Assembly: GCA_012960845.1 (NCBI GenBank)
Contig: DUAN01000228.1
Span: forward strand, 1-57,951
Reading direction: 5' to 3'
Length of the DNA stretch: 57,951 bases
Source: Planctomycetota bacterium
Lineage (GTDB): Bacteria; Planctomycetota; UBA8108; UBA1146
Each line of letters opens with the position of its first letter. Positions within the stretch are counted from its first letter, which is position 1. This document shows, piece by piece, positions 47,913 through 57,817 of this stretch. A program made the translations under genes and the position numbers. The notes beneath the pieces are model-generated. The model did not search any database. It was not told the DNA's origin and saw only the letters and a program-made list of their open reading frames with translations.

Positions 47913-50098
47913 GCGCTGGTCTCCTTGAACTCATCGTCCAGTTTCAGGAGATTTGCGTAAGCACCTGCTGCGCTCCACAGTTGATCGTGGTTTCCACGCT
48001 CAACGACTTTTCCGTGTTCCAGAACGATGATCTCGGTGCAATCCCGGATGGTGCTCAATCGATGAGAGACGAAGATGGAGGAGCAGCCTCGCATCCTCAT
48101 CCGATCGAGTACCACTCTTTCCGTCTCGGTATCGAGAGCACTCGTCGCCTCGTCGAGGATCAGGATGGTCGGGTTGGGCACCAGGGTCCTGGCGATTTCC
48201 AGTCGCTGTCGTTGCCCTCCGCTGAGGTTATTGCCGCCTTCGATCAACTCCGCATCGAAGCCGCCGGGGAGGGCGGTGATGGTCTCGAGGATCGCAGCAT
48301 CTTCACATGCCTGGTGCAGGTCTGAGTCAGGCACCGTGGAATCCCACAGGGTGAGGTTGTCTCGAACGGTACCGCTGAAGAGGAGGATCTCCTGGCTGAT
48401 GAAGGAGAAGGAATTGACGAACTGATTCCTCGGTAACTCGGAGAGTGGAACCCCATCGAAATAGATCTCGCCGCTCCACGGAACCAGTTCTCCAGAGATC
48501 AACTTGGCCAGCGTCGATTTGCCGGAGCCACTTCCACCGACCAGCGCCACTCGGTCCCCCGGTTTGATGTGCATGTTCATATCCTCCAGCATCGGAGGCT
48601 CCAGCGGATTGTAACCAAAGGAAACATTCTCCAGCCGGATGTCTCCCGACAGGAACACCTTCTCGCCCTCCTGCTCATCCGAGTCGGCCATCTCGAGGGC
48701 CGCTCTCTCGAAGGGGTACTTCAGCACATCGTCGATGCGGTCGAGATCGCCCCTCATCTCCTGGGATACCGTGCCGAGGTCGAGCAGGTTTTCGACCGGC
48801 CCGAGAAAACTACCCATCAAGGACTGGAAGGCGACCAGCATACCGATGGTCATGAAGCCATCGATGACACGGAATCCCCCGACGATGATCACCAGTACCG
48901 TTGCCAGTGCGCTGAGCAAGGTGGGCATCGTCGACAACAGCACATTGGAGACCTGCAGATTTTGCTGGGCGTTGATCGCCTTGGAGTAGTAGCCGGACCA
49001 CTTCTCGTAGAAGCCAGATTCCAGACCACTCGCCTTGATCGTCTCCATCCCCTTGAGCCCGGCCATCGCCGTTCCCTCGGCCTTTCCGAACTCCTGGAGC
49101 ACACGCATCGAAGCCTCGATGCGGCTGGCAGAGATCCAGCGCAACAAGGTGAAGTTCAGAAGTGCCACGCACAGCCCCACGCAGGTCAGTAACACGTCGT
49201 AGTAAAGCATCACCGTCAGATAGAGACCGGCCATCACCACATCGATGGCAGTCTGTGCCAATCGCCCCGAGATGTCGCTGGCGAGTTCTTCATTCAATCG
49301 GCTTCGACTGGCGACCTCTCCGGCAAATCTCTGGACATAGAACTCGTTAGGGAGTTGCAAGAGATGCCAGAGGAACTGACTCGACAACTTGATCGTCAGG
49401 TTCAATCGAAGTCGGCGAAGTGAATTCATCTGCAAGTACCTGAGTGCCAGTCCCAGAAGGATGGCGGAGAACATCCCCAGCATGACGGGGCGAGCCCAGT
49501 CCACTCTCCCCTGCAGGATGATCTCATCGAGGAAAACCTGCAGCAGTACCGGGAACAGGATCCCCGGAATCACCATCAAGAAGCCCACGAAGATGCAGAA
49601 CACAACGGGAAGAGCGGACCCGGCGAGCCGTTCCGCCACAGCCCCGATCAAACTCGGCCTCTTGCCGCCCTTCTCGAACTGCTCCCCTGGCTGCATCGCC
49701 AGCGCGACTCCGGTGAAACTACGTTCGAAGTCGCTGATCGAGATGATCCTGTGTCCCATCGCAGGGTCGTTGATGTACACCCTGTCCTTCTTGAAACCTT
49801 CCAGCACGACAAAATGGTTGAACTCCCAGAAGAGAATGCAGGGCATCTGCAGATTTCGCAGGGCATCGACGCTGGCCTTGATCCCGTTGGCTTCGAGTCC
49901 ATATCGTCGTGCGGCACGCAGGATATTGGCAGCCTTGCTGCCATCACGAGAGACTCCGCAATTCTGACGCAACTTGGCGAGCGGTTCGATCCTGCCGTGA
50001 TATCCGAGGATCATCGCAAGAGATGCAGCACCACATTCCACGGCCTCCAGTTGGAGGACGGTCGGCGTCTTCACCCTTTTTCCTGGACCGATGGCCAT
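47909..50098 (-). CDS. NHLM-type C39 peptidase-containing ABC transporter (PCAT)
   Basis: TPTVLQLEAVECGAASL (catalytic Cys), WEFNHFVV (His), INDPA (Asp), GGSGSGKST and LSGGQRQR. Confidence 0.95.
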   Translation of the reverse strand: MAIGPGKRVKTPTVLQLEAVECGAASLAMILGYHGRIEPLAKLRQNCGVSRDGSKAANILRAARRYGLEANGIKASVDALRNLQMPCILFWEFNHFVVLEGFKKDRVYINDPAMGHRIISISDFERSFTGVALAMQPGEQFEKGGKRPSLIGAVAERLAGSALPVVFCIFVGFLMVIPGILFPVLLQVFLDEIILQGRVDWARPVMLGMFSAILLGLALRYLQMNSLRRLRLNLTIKLSSQFLWHLLQLPNEFYVQRFAGEVASRSRLNEELASDISGRLAQTAIDVVMAGLYLTVMLYYDVLLTCVGLCVALLNFTLLRWISASRIEASMRVLQEFGKAEGTAMAGLKGMETIKASGLESGFYEKWSGYYSKAINAQQNLQVSNVLLSTMPTLLSALATVLVIIVGGFRVIDGFMTIGMLVAFQSLMGSFLGPVENLLDLGTVSQEMRGDLDRIDDVLKYPFERAALEMADSDEQEGEKVFLSGDIRLENVSFGYNPLEPPMLEDMNMHIKPGDRVALVGGSGSGKSTLAKLISGELVPWSGEIYFDGVPLSELPRNQFVNSFSFISQEILLFSGTVRDNLTLWDSTVPDSDLHQACEDAAILETITALPGGFDAELIEGGNNLSGGQRQRLEIARTLVPNPTILILDEATSALDTETERVVLDRMRMRGCSSIFVSHRLSTIRDCTEIIVLEHGKVVERGNHDQLWSAAGAYANLLKLDDEFKETSA

Positions 50099-50103
50099 GT
50101 TTT

Positions 50104-51546
50104 CTAGTTACCGCCCATTTCCCTGAGAAATGGCAACAAGAAGGTGATCGGTTGCCGGTTCTCGATGGTCGCATCTACTGTCACCGTCATGCCCGAGGTG
50201 ATTGCGATGTCCGGACCCTTTCCCGAAGACCACTGGTACCCACTGTGCGCCTCATCATCCGTACGCAACCGGCTACGAACCTCGATCATCGATCCTCCGG
50301 TCCCCAGGCTCATCGCCAGTTCCCGATTGCCCACGATGGCGGCGATCGAATCGGTCGAACGAGGTACCGACGATACGCTGGTGATATCACCAAGGATGCT
50401 ACCGAAGCGTTCGCGTTTGATGGTGGTCGGGGTGATGCGAATCTTCATTCCAGAATGGATCTTCTTGCCATCCTTGACCGGGAAGTACGCCACGGCGATG
50501 AGCCCATCCGCATCTCCGGAACTCTCGATCACTCCGATTCTCAATCCCGGCGTCAGCATCTGTCCGGCAGATACGGTCAACTCGAGGATTTTACCGCTCC
50601 TCGGCGAGGTGATGATCGACTGGTGGTTGAGATTCCTCGTCAACCTCTGCACACGACCTTTCGCTTCGGTCAACTCGAGACGGTTCTTGGTTTCGGCAGT
50701 CAACTCCGCCTGATCCAGCCTGGCCAGCTGGACTGCCAGTTCTTCCAGATTTCTCTGCAGCTCCTCGACGGCGTCGAGGCGCACCTGATGTTCTGTCAGG
50801 AACTTCAACCTCTGGAACTCGACTTCCTGCTGTTTCAGCTGGAGTTCAGAGATGGCCACCTTGTTATTGAGGAGTTCCTGTCGAGTGTCGGTGAGTTCCT
50901 GATCGTAGGCAGCGAAGATCTTTTCCTCGGTCAGTCCCTCGAAATCGGTCAACTTCTTGCTGAGAAACTGACCGAGAATTTCGAGGTCCGCCTGGACCAC
51001 CGTCAGTTGCTGCGACTGGCCCGCCAGGTATCGATCACTCTCAGCGTGGCGAGCGTTGGCCAGCGAGGTACTCGACTCGATTTGTTTCTGATACCAGTTC
51101 CGCTTCGCCTCGATGAACTGCTTCTCGGTGGCGAGAGTGAACTTACGAAGCGGCTCGATGATGGCGATCTTGGTTTCCAGCTCCTCGAGGAGTTGCTGCT
51201 CCACGGCGAGTTGCTCGACCAGTTCCGGCTGGTATACCTCGCCGAGAAGTTGCCCCTTGGTGACCTCGTCGCCCACCTCGACATCGAGTTGCAGCAGTTG
51301 TCCCTGGGAGTGACTCTGGAGCGGCACGATCCGTCCGGGAAAGACCATGATCCCGTTGGCGTTGAGATTGACCGGAATCTGGCCGAAGACACACCAGAAT
51401 CCGAAGCCAAGGAACCCGAGCCCCAGTACCAGCAAAGGCAGCCAGTTCCTCCGGGGAAGAACCTGCAACATCGTATCCAGCTGCTCCGGCGTCGAGATGT
51501 GTTCGAGTGCCTTTTTTCGAAACAGTGACGGCTTTTCAGCGGACAA
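50104..51546 (-). CDS. NHLM-type HlyD membrane-fusion secretion protein
   Basis: LFRKKALE..STPEQLD, one TM helix, long coiled coil, YQWSSGKGP and PITFLLP. Confidence 0.93.
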   Translation of the reverse strand: MSAEKPSLFRKKALEHISTPEQLDTMLQVLPRRNWLPLLVLGLGFLGFGFWCVFGQIPVNLNANGIMVFPGRIVPLQSHSQGQLLQLDVEVGDEVTKGQLLGEVYQPELVEQLAVEQQLLEELETKIAIIEPLRKFTLATEKQFIEAKRNWYQKQIESSTSLANARHAESDRYLAGQSQQLTVVQADLEILGQFLSKKLTDFEGLTEEKIFAAYDQELTDTRQELLNNKVAISELQLKQQEVEFQRLKFLTEHQVRLDAVEELQRNLEELAVQLARLDQAELTAETKNRLELTEAKGRVQRLTRNLNHQSIITSPRSGKILELTVSAGQMLTPGLRIGVIESSGDADGLIAVAYFPVKDGKKIHSGMKIRITPTTIKRERFGSILGDITSVSSVPRSTDSIAAIVGNRELAMSLGTGGSMIEVRSRLRTDDEAHSGYQWSSGKGPDIAITSGMTVTVDATIENRQPITFLLPFLREMGGN

Positions 51547-51582
51547 GACGACCTCCTCGTCAAATTTCCTGGAAACGGTTGC

Positions 51583-52146
51583 TCAGTTCCGGGTCGCTCG
51601 CTCGAGCAAGTATTCGAAACGTCGGCTCGCCAGCGAAAGCGCCTCGAGAATCTCCGGATCCACCACCGAACTGCCCTCCACCTCACCCGGGTTGGCCGAA
51701 CCGACCTTGCCAACGGTGCTGACGGTCAGGGTAGTGTGAGTGAGATGGATCAATCGTTGCGCCAGGACGACTCCGAGGGCCCGGTAAAAGCGACTGGCGA
51801 AGCCGGTATCATTGCTGAGTTTTGTCTTCAGGTCCGATCGTGAAATCTGCAGTACCGTGGTCGATTCCGCAGCGATGAGGGTGACTGCTGGAGGCCTCGA
51901 ATCGAGCAGTGAGACTTCACCGACGATTTCGCCAGGGTAGACGGTAGCCAGAACCTTGCTGGTATCGTGGACGGTGGTCACCGTCAGTGCGCCATCGAGT
52001 ACAAACCCGATGAACTCGATATGGACACCCTCTTCGATGAGGATGTCGCCTTCCTGAAGCACGGTCGTCTGCCCGACCCGCACGAACCACTCGATATCTT
52101 GATCCTCGAGGACTCCAAGGATGATGAGGGAATTTCTCAACCACAC
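51583..52146 (-). CDS. Cyclic-nucleotide-binding-domain protein associated with bacteriocin-type transport
   Basis: Motifs ILGVLEDQDIEW, GEIVGEVSLLDSRPP and FASRFYRAL. Start may be TTG 52140. Confidence 0.85.
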   Translation of the reverse strand: MWLRNSLIILGVLEDQDIEWFVRVGQTTVLQEGDILIEEGVHIEFIGFVLDGALTVTTVHDTSKVLATVYPGEIVGEVSLLDSRPPAVTLIAAESTTVLQISRSDLKTKLSNDTGFASRFYRALGVVLAQRLIHLTHTTLTVSTVGKVGSANPGEVEGSSVVDPEILEALSLASRRFEYLLERATRN

Positions 52147-52224
52147 ACCTCACTACTGCAGCGAGTTTGCACCGTGACCAATTGACCAGAAATCAGCAAA
52201 GAATGCTCCCGATATAATAAAACC

Positions 52225-52257
52225 GACCGTTTCCGCTCCGAGGGAGCAGAAACGGTC
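52225..52257 (-). terminator. Hairpin terminator/attenuator between the precursor and transporter genes
   Basis: GACCGTTTC/GAAACGGTC plus GCTCC/GGAGC stems, followed on the minus strand by GGTTTTATTAT. Confidence 0.65.
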
Positions 52258-52333
52258 AGTCGATCCGCACCAAGGTCCACACAGCAGAACTGAAGAACCC
52301 ATCATGCTCGATCCGGGCAAGTCACAGGAACTA

Positions 52334-52543
52334 CTATTTACCGCCGGTGAATTTGCCCTTTTGCCCCTTGTTTGCGTCCATGCCCTTAATTTCTGTGTCA
52401 GTCGGGCCCTTGGCATCACCACCGGACATACCATCGGCCTTACCCACTGGTTTTTTCCCTGGAGTTTTCTTCGAATCTCCGGCTCCTCCGGCGATACCTT
52501 CCAGGTCCGCGTCTGCGACTTCTTCGGGTTCCCAGTTGCTCAT
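52334..52543 (-). CDS. Double-glycine leader precursor peptide (69 aa)
   Basis: MSNWEPEEVADADLEGIAGG matches the ELxxxxLxxIxGG leader pattern. Purine-rich RBS, tandem TAG TAG stops, first gene of the PCAT cluster. Confidence 0.85.
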   Translation of the reverse strand: MSNWEPEEVADADLEGIAGGAGDSKKTPGKKPVGKADGMSGGDAKGPTDTEIKGMDANKGQKGKFTGGK

Positions 52544-52718
52544 GATTACTTCTCTCTTGGAAATCGATGTTTTGAATCGTGACCCCAAAAGTGGGTCTAA
52601 TGTTCTTTGGGTGAGTGATTTCCGGCGGCTCACCCTTGAACCGTCAACGTCGTCGAGAACGATCCTTCCAATTTCTTCGAAATGATATGGCGGGCACTTC
52701 GTAAAAATCCACCTGGGA

Positions 52719-52752
52719 CACGAACCACGGCACGAACCACGGTACGAACCAC
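52719..52752. repeat. 12-bp tandem repeat x3 (YACGAACCACGG) upstream of the precursor gene
   Basis: Read directly from the sequence. Confidence 0.85.
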
Positions 52753-53213
52753 ACGCAAAAAGAAATCGATCAAACCAGTCGACATTCGCAGTTTAAATCA
52801 GATCGATAGCACCCGCCATGACCGACTCACCAACCTCATCCGCCCGCTATAACTCCTTATGATACAATATATTATGATTACTCTCGACTGACGCCGCGGC
52901 GTCACCTTCCGATATTAAGACAGCCAAGTCGAGAATTGTCCAGGTGCGTCGAGGATCCAGACGATCGTTGCATCTGAACACCCAAAGAAATGAACCGCAC
53001 CAGGGCTACGGAAGAGGATGGCTACCGAGGAGGAGGATCGATCCAGCGGGAGCCGAGCCACTCGGTCGTACCTCCGCTGCAACTCGTTCGGTTCCAGCGA
53101 ACTCCTTCGATCATCGCAGCCAGCAAGGGCACGCCCTTCCACCATCGATCCCCATCGAAGTTCAGCAGATGACCGTGATCATGATCGGAAGAATCCCATG
53201 GTATCGTACCCCC

Positions 53214-56200
53214 ATGAATTCCTCCGCCTCTCCTGCCACTTCCTCTCCTGCCACTTCGTTACAGCGTCCTCCGCGGTGGCCGCTGGCAGTGGTGCTCCTG
53301 CTCCTCGGCGGCTCGGTGGCACACCCTGTCGCCGCAGCAGACATCGATTTCAACGACACGATCCGGCCGATCCTCTCCGACCGCTGCTTCCCCTGCCACG
53401 GTCCCGATGCCGCGGCAAGAAAGGGCCGATTGCGACTCGATCGAAGGGAAGATGCGCTGGCACCACGGCCCGACGGTGCCGCCATCGTGCCGGGTGATCC
53501 AGCCGCCAGTCTGATCCTCGAGAGGTTGCACCTCGATGATCCGCAGGAGCGCATGCCTCCCCCCTCCTCGAAACTGGAAATCAACAGCGAGGAGATCGCC
53601 TCGATCGAACGCTGGATCGCCGAAGGAGCCCACTACCAGCAACACTGGTCCTTCCTCCCCCCGGTCGCAGCGGCGATCCCCGAGGTGCAGGACCCGCAGT
53701 GGCCCGCCGGAACCATCGACCATTTCATCCTGGCGAAGCTCGAATCCAAGGGGCTCCGGCCGGCGGCTACGGCACAACGAGAGACGCTGGCACGACGTGC
53801 GGCCTTCATCCTCACAGGAATGGCAGCGGATCTCGATGCTCTCGACCGCCACCTCGCCGACCGATCGACCGACGCCTGGTCCCACTGGATAGATTTCCTG
53901 CTGGCGTCCCCCGCCTTTGGCGAACAGATGGCGAGTCATTGGCTCGATGTGGCCCGCTATGCCGACAGTCACGGTTATCAATCCGATGTTCACCGCTCGA
54001 CCTGGCCGTGGCGAGACTGGGTCATCGATGCCTTCAACGACAACCTGCCCCATGATCAGTTCATCACCTGGCAGGTCGCCGGGGATCTGCTGGAAGATGC
54101 AACCCAGGAACAGATCCTGGCGACCACCTTCCAGCGGCTTCACCGCCAGACCAACGAGGGAGGCAGCGTCGAGGAGGAGTTTCGCGCCGAGTATGTTGCC
54201 GATCGCACCCAGACCTTTGCCAGCGCATTTCTCGGTCTGACCCTCGAGTGCGCAAGGTGTCACGACCACAAGTTCGACCCCTTGAAGCAGCAGGAGTTCT
54301 ACTCCCTCTCGGCGTTCTTCGACAACATCGATGAGAGTGGCCTGTACTCCCACTTCACCTCGGCAGTCCCGACCCCGGCGCTGGCGCTGGTCGATGAGGA
54401 GGCACGCAGCCAGATCGAACAACTCACCGGAGAAGTCGAGGCTGCAGAAACTCATCTGAAGCAGCTCGAACGCTCGAGACGCGAAGAGTTCGCCCGCTGG
54501 CAACAGGGCCAGCAGGGCTCCCACCCTTCCCCCATCATCACCGATGTGGTCGCTGCCTATTGCTTCGACGAGATCGTCGAAGGCAAGTGTGAGAACCAGA
54601 TCAATCCAGAACTACCCGCCACTGCTCACGCCGCCCTCTCCCTGATGGATGGGATTCAGGGGAAAGCGATTCGACTGACCGGAGATGATGCACTCGGTTT
54701 GGGAGCGATCGGCGCCTACAGCCGTAGTGATCCCTTCAGCATCTCGCTGTGGATAAGACCGGAGGAGACGACCGATCGTGCGGTGATCCTCCATCGCTCG
54801 CGAGCGTGGACCGATGCTGCCAGCCAGGGGTATCAGTTGCTGCTGGAGCAAGGACGCCTGTCTGCTGCACTGATTCACTTCTGGCCCGGAGATGCCATCG
54901 CGGTCGCCAGTCGCCAACAGATCGAAGCGGGGCGCTGGAGCCATATCGTCTTCTCCTACGACGGGTCGAGCCGAGCCGCCGGAATCGACCTCTACATCGA
55001 TGGCCAACTCGCCCCGAAGGAGATCGTACGGGATCATCTGCGCTCTCCCATCACCGGAGGCGGACCCTACTTCGCCATCGGAGAACGATTTCGCGACCGA
55101 GGTTTCAAGGATGGTGGCGTCGACCAGATGCAACTGGTGGGACGCTCCATCAGCGCCGCCGAGGTGCGCAAATTGTATCTCGCCGGGAAAGACCCCGACG
55201 CAGTGCCTCAATTCGAAGAAGAGGAGTTGTATCGCTGGTGGTTGCTGGCGATGGACGAGGTGACCCGCACCGCTCGGGACCAGCTGGCTAGCGCACGGAA
55301 AGCCCACAACAACTTCACCGATCGACACCCGAAGATCATGGTGATGGAGGAGATGGCCACCGCCCGCCCCACCTACCTGCTCAAGCGTGGCCGTTACGAT
55401 TCACCGGGAATCGAGGTGTCACCAGATGTGCCGGCGATCCTGCCTCCGCTCCCCGATGGAGCCGCCCGAAACCGACTGACGCTGGCTCGCTGGCTCGTCT
55501 CGGAGGGTCATCCGTTGACGGCAAGGGTCGCGGTCAATCGCCTGTGGCAGATCGCCTTCGGGCAGGGGATCGTTCCCACCTCTGGTGACTTCGGTAGCCA
55601 GGGTACGAGGCCCTCGCACCGACAACTTCTCGATCACCTCGCGACAGATTTCATCGGTGGGGGCTGGAACCTCAAGGCGACTCTCAAGAAGATGCTGCTC
55701 TCTGCCACCTGGCGACAATCTTCTGCCGTCGAGCCCCGATCGAAGTCCATCGATCCCGACAACCGCCTGCTGGCACGGGGACCATCGCTTCGCATGTCCG
55801 CCGAGATGATCCGCGATCAGATGTTGCAGTCGAGTGGATTGCTGGTGACCACCATCGGCGGACCACCGGTACTTCCCTACCAGCCACCCGGACTGTGGCA
55901 GGAGAAGAGTGGTCATACCTACACCCCATCGAAGGGGGATGGATTGTACCGCAGGAGCCTGTACACCTTCTGGAAGCGTACCTCTCCTCCACCCACGATG
56001 ATGATCTTCGATGCTTCCAAGCGTGATGTGTGCGTGACCTTTCGACATCGCACCAGTACTCCGATGCAGTCGCTGGTGTTGATGAACGATCCCCAGTTCG
56101 TCGAGGCCGCAAGGATGCTCGCACGACGGGTGATGCTGGATGATCGGAAGGAACCGACCGGAACCATCGGCCTCGCTTTCCGGCGGCTCACGGGGCGGCG

Positions 56201-56405
56201 CCCCTCTACACCCGAGTTAGAGATCCTGCAGCAACTCCACCAGCAACTGTTACTCGAGTTCCAGGAGGATCCGCAAGTCGCGACACTTTGGCTGCAGGTG
56301 GGTGACAGTCCGCTCGATCCCTCCATCGATCCGATCGAATGGGCCGCCCTGACAGCGGTCTGCTCTTCTCTGATGAACCTGGATGAAACCACGAGGTTGA
56401 GATGA
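53214..56405 (+). CDS. Planctomycete cytochrome c / DUF1549 / LamG / DUF1553 protein
   Basis: Signal peptide; CFPCH and CARCH heme motifs; HWSF, WLDVARYADS, HPLTARVAVNRLWQ and RRSLYTFWKR. Confidence 0.93.
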   Translation: MNSSASPATSSPATSLQRPPRWPLAVVLLLLGGSVAHPVAAADIDFNDTIRPILSDRCFPCHGPDAAARKGRLRLDRREDALAPRPDGAAIVPGDPAASLILERLHLDDPQERMPPPSSKLEINSEEIASIERWIAEGAHYQQHWSFLPPVAAAIPEVQDPQWPAGTIDHFILAKLESKGLRPAATAQRETLARRAAFILTGMAADLDALDRHLADRSTDAWSHWIDFLLASPAFGEQMASHWLDVARYADSHGYQSDVHRSTWPWRDWVIDAFNDNLPHDQFITWQVAGDLLEDATQEQILATTFQRLHRQTNEGGSVEEEFRAEYVADRTQTFASAFLGLTLECARCHDHKFDPLKQQEFYSLSAFFDNIDESGLYSHFTSAVPTPALALVDEEARSQIEQLTGEVEAAETHLKQLERSRREEFARWQQGQQGSHPSPIITDVVAAYCFDEIVEGKCENQINPELPATAHAALSLMDGIQGKAIRLTGDDALGLGAIGAYSRSDPFSISLWIRPEETTDRAVILHRSRAWTDAASQGYQLLLEQGRLSAALIHFWPGDAIAVASRQQIEAGRWSHIVFSYDGSSRAAGIDLYIDGQLAPKEIVRDHLRSPITGGGPYFAIGERFRDRGFKDGGVDQMQLVGRSISAAEVRKLYLAGKDPDAVPQFEEEELYRWWLLAMDEVTRTARDQLASARKAHNNFTDRHPKIMVMEEMATARPTYLLKRGRYDSPGIEVSPDVPAILPPLPDGAARNRLTLARWLVSEGHPLTARVAVNRLWQIAFGQGIVPTSGDFGSQGTRPSHRQLLDHLATDFIGGGWNLKATLKKMLLSATWRQSSAVEPRSKSIDPDNRLLARGPSLRMSAEMIRDQMLQSSGLLVTTIGGPPVLPYQPPGLWQEKSGHTYTPSKGDGLYRRSLYTFWKRTSPPPTMMIFDASKRDVCVTFRHRTSTPMQSLVLMNDPQFVEAARMLARRVMLDDRKEPTGTIGLAFRRLTGRRPSTPELEILQQLHQQLLLEFQEDPQVATLWLQVGDSPLDPSIDPIEWAALTAVCSSLMNLDETTRLR

Positions 56406-57817
56406 ACCGCCCGCGAGAGCCACTTCCGAACCGTAGAGATTTCCTCTCCGCTGCTGCGGGTCTCGCAGCAGGGGGAACCCTGTGGGGTTGGCTCCCCTCC
56501 AGTGGCCATTCGATGGATGTCCCGCTTCAGAACACTGCAGCGAGAGCCCGCCGCGTCATCTGGTTATTCCAGAGTGGCGGACCATCCCAGATCGACCTGT
56601 TCGATCCAAAACCTCTGCTCCAACAACGTCACGGCGAGCAACTTCCCCCATCGATCCGCATGGGACAGCGACTCACTGCCATGTCAGGCAATCAATCCTC
56701 CTTACCGCTGGTGGCGAGCCCCTTCCAGTTCGCTGCTCATGGTGAATGCGGATCGCAGTTCAGCGAGTTACTGCCGCACACCGCAGCGATCGCCGACAAG
56801 TTGTGCATCGTCCGCTCGCTGCACACCCAGGCGATCAATCACGACCCGGCCATCACCTTCGTCCAAACCGGGTCCGAGATCGCTGGAAGACCTTCGATCG
56901 GAGCCTGGCTCTCCTATGGTCTGGGAGCAGGGAATCCAAACCTTCCGGCGAGCATCGCCATGGTGACCCAGAACAAGAGTGGACAGCCGCTCTATTCACG
57001 ACTGTGGGGAGCGGGCTTCCTGCCTTCAGAACATCAAGGGATCCAGTTCCGTTCCGGCAAGGACCCGGTGCTCTTCCTCCAGGATCCCGACGGATTGTCG
57101 AGATCGATGCGGCGAAAGATGCTCGATGCATTGCTTCGACTGCACGATCTCCAGGATCCACAATCGCGCCCGCACAGCACTACAGCCAATGACCGCAACG
57201 AACTCGCCTGGCGGATGCAAACCTCGGTGCCAGAGGTCGCCGACCTCTCCGATGAGCCCGACGAGATTTTCGAGATGTACGGTAAGGACTCCAGGACTCC
57301 AGGAACCTACGCTGCCAACTGCATCCTCGCCAGACGCCTCGCCGAGCGTGGTGTTCGATTCACCCAGTTGTTCCATCAGGGCTGGGATCAGCATGGCAAT
57401 CTTCCAGGGGCGATTCGAACCCAGTGCCGGGAGACGGATCAGGCCTCCGCTGCGCTGGTTCTCGACCTGGAACGGCGCGGACTGCTCGATGACACCCTGG
57501 TCATCTGGGGCGGCGAATTCGGGCGCACCAGTTATTGCCAGGGCAAGTTGACTCCACAGGGATTTGGCCGCGATCACCATCCTCGCTGCTTTTCGATGTG
57601 GATGGCCGGTGGCGGCGTGAAGGCGGGACTCACCTACGGCTCGACAGACGACATCGGGTACAACATCAGCGAGAACCCGATGGATGTTCATGACCTGCAG
57701 GCCACCATCCTCCACCTGCTGGGGCTCGACCACGAGAAGCTGACCTACAAGCATCTGGGGAGGCGATTCCGACTCACCGATGTCCATGGCAAGGTGATCG
57801 AACCGCTGCTGGCGTGA
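56402..57817 (+). CDS. DUF1501 family protein with Tat signal
   Basis: NRRDFL twin-arginine motif; GGPSQIDLFDPKP, ARRLAERGVRF, GGEFGRT and GRDHH. Confidence 0.93.
   Translation: MNRPREPLPNRRDFLSAAAGLAAGGTLWGWLPSSGHSMDVPLQNTAARARRVIWLFQSGGPSQIDLFDPKPLLQQRHGEQLPPSIRMGQRLTAMSGNQSSLPLVASPFQFAAHGECGSQFSELLPHTAAIADKLCIVRSLHTQAINHDPAITFVQTGSEIAGRPSIGAWLSYGLGAGNPNLPASIAMVTQNKSGQPLYSRLWGAGFLPSEHQGIQFRSGKDPVLFLQDPDGLSRSMRRKMLDALLRLHDLQDPQSRPHSTTANDRNELAWRMQTSVPEVADLSDEPDEIFEMYGKDSRTPGTYAANCILARRLAERGVRFTQLFHQGWDQHGNLPGAIRTQCRETDQASAALVLDLERRGLLDDTLVIWGGEFGRTSYCQGKLTPQGFGRDHHPRCFSMWMAGGGVKAGLTYGSTDDIGYNISENPMDVHDLQATILHLLGLDHEKLTYKHLGRRFRLTDVHGKVIEPLLA

Noticed and set aside
49909-51528. 539-aa plus-strand ORF, and other long antisense ORFs (e.g. 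28788-30119, 30171-31448, 53259-54524)
   Set aside because: These are shadows of well-supported genes on the opposite strand in GC-rich DNA, with no recognisable motifs.
52719-52752. GAAC direct repeats as an alphaproteobacterial LexA box
   Set aside because: Spacing is GAAC-N8-GAAC, not N7, and the site is not near an SOS gene.
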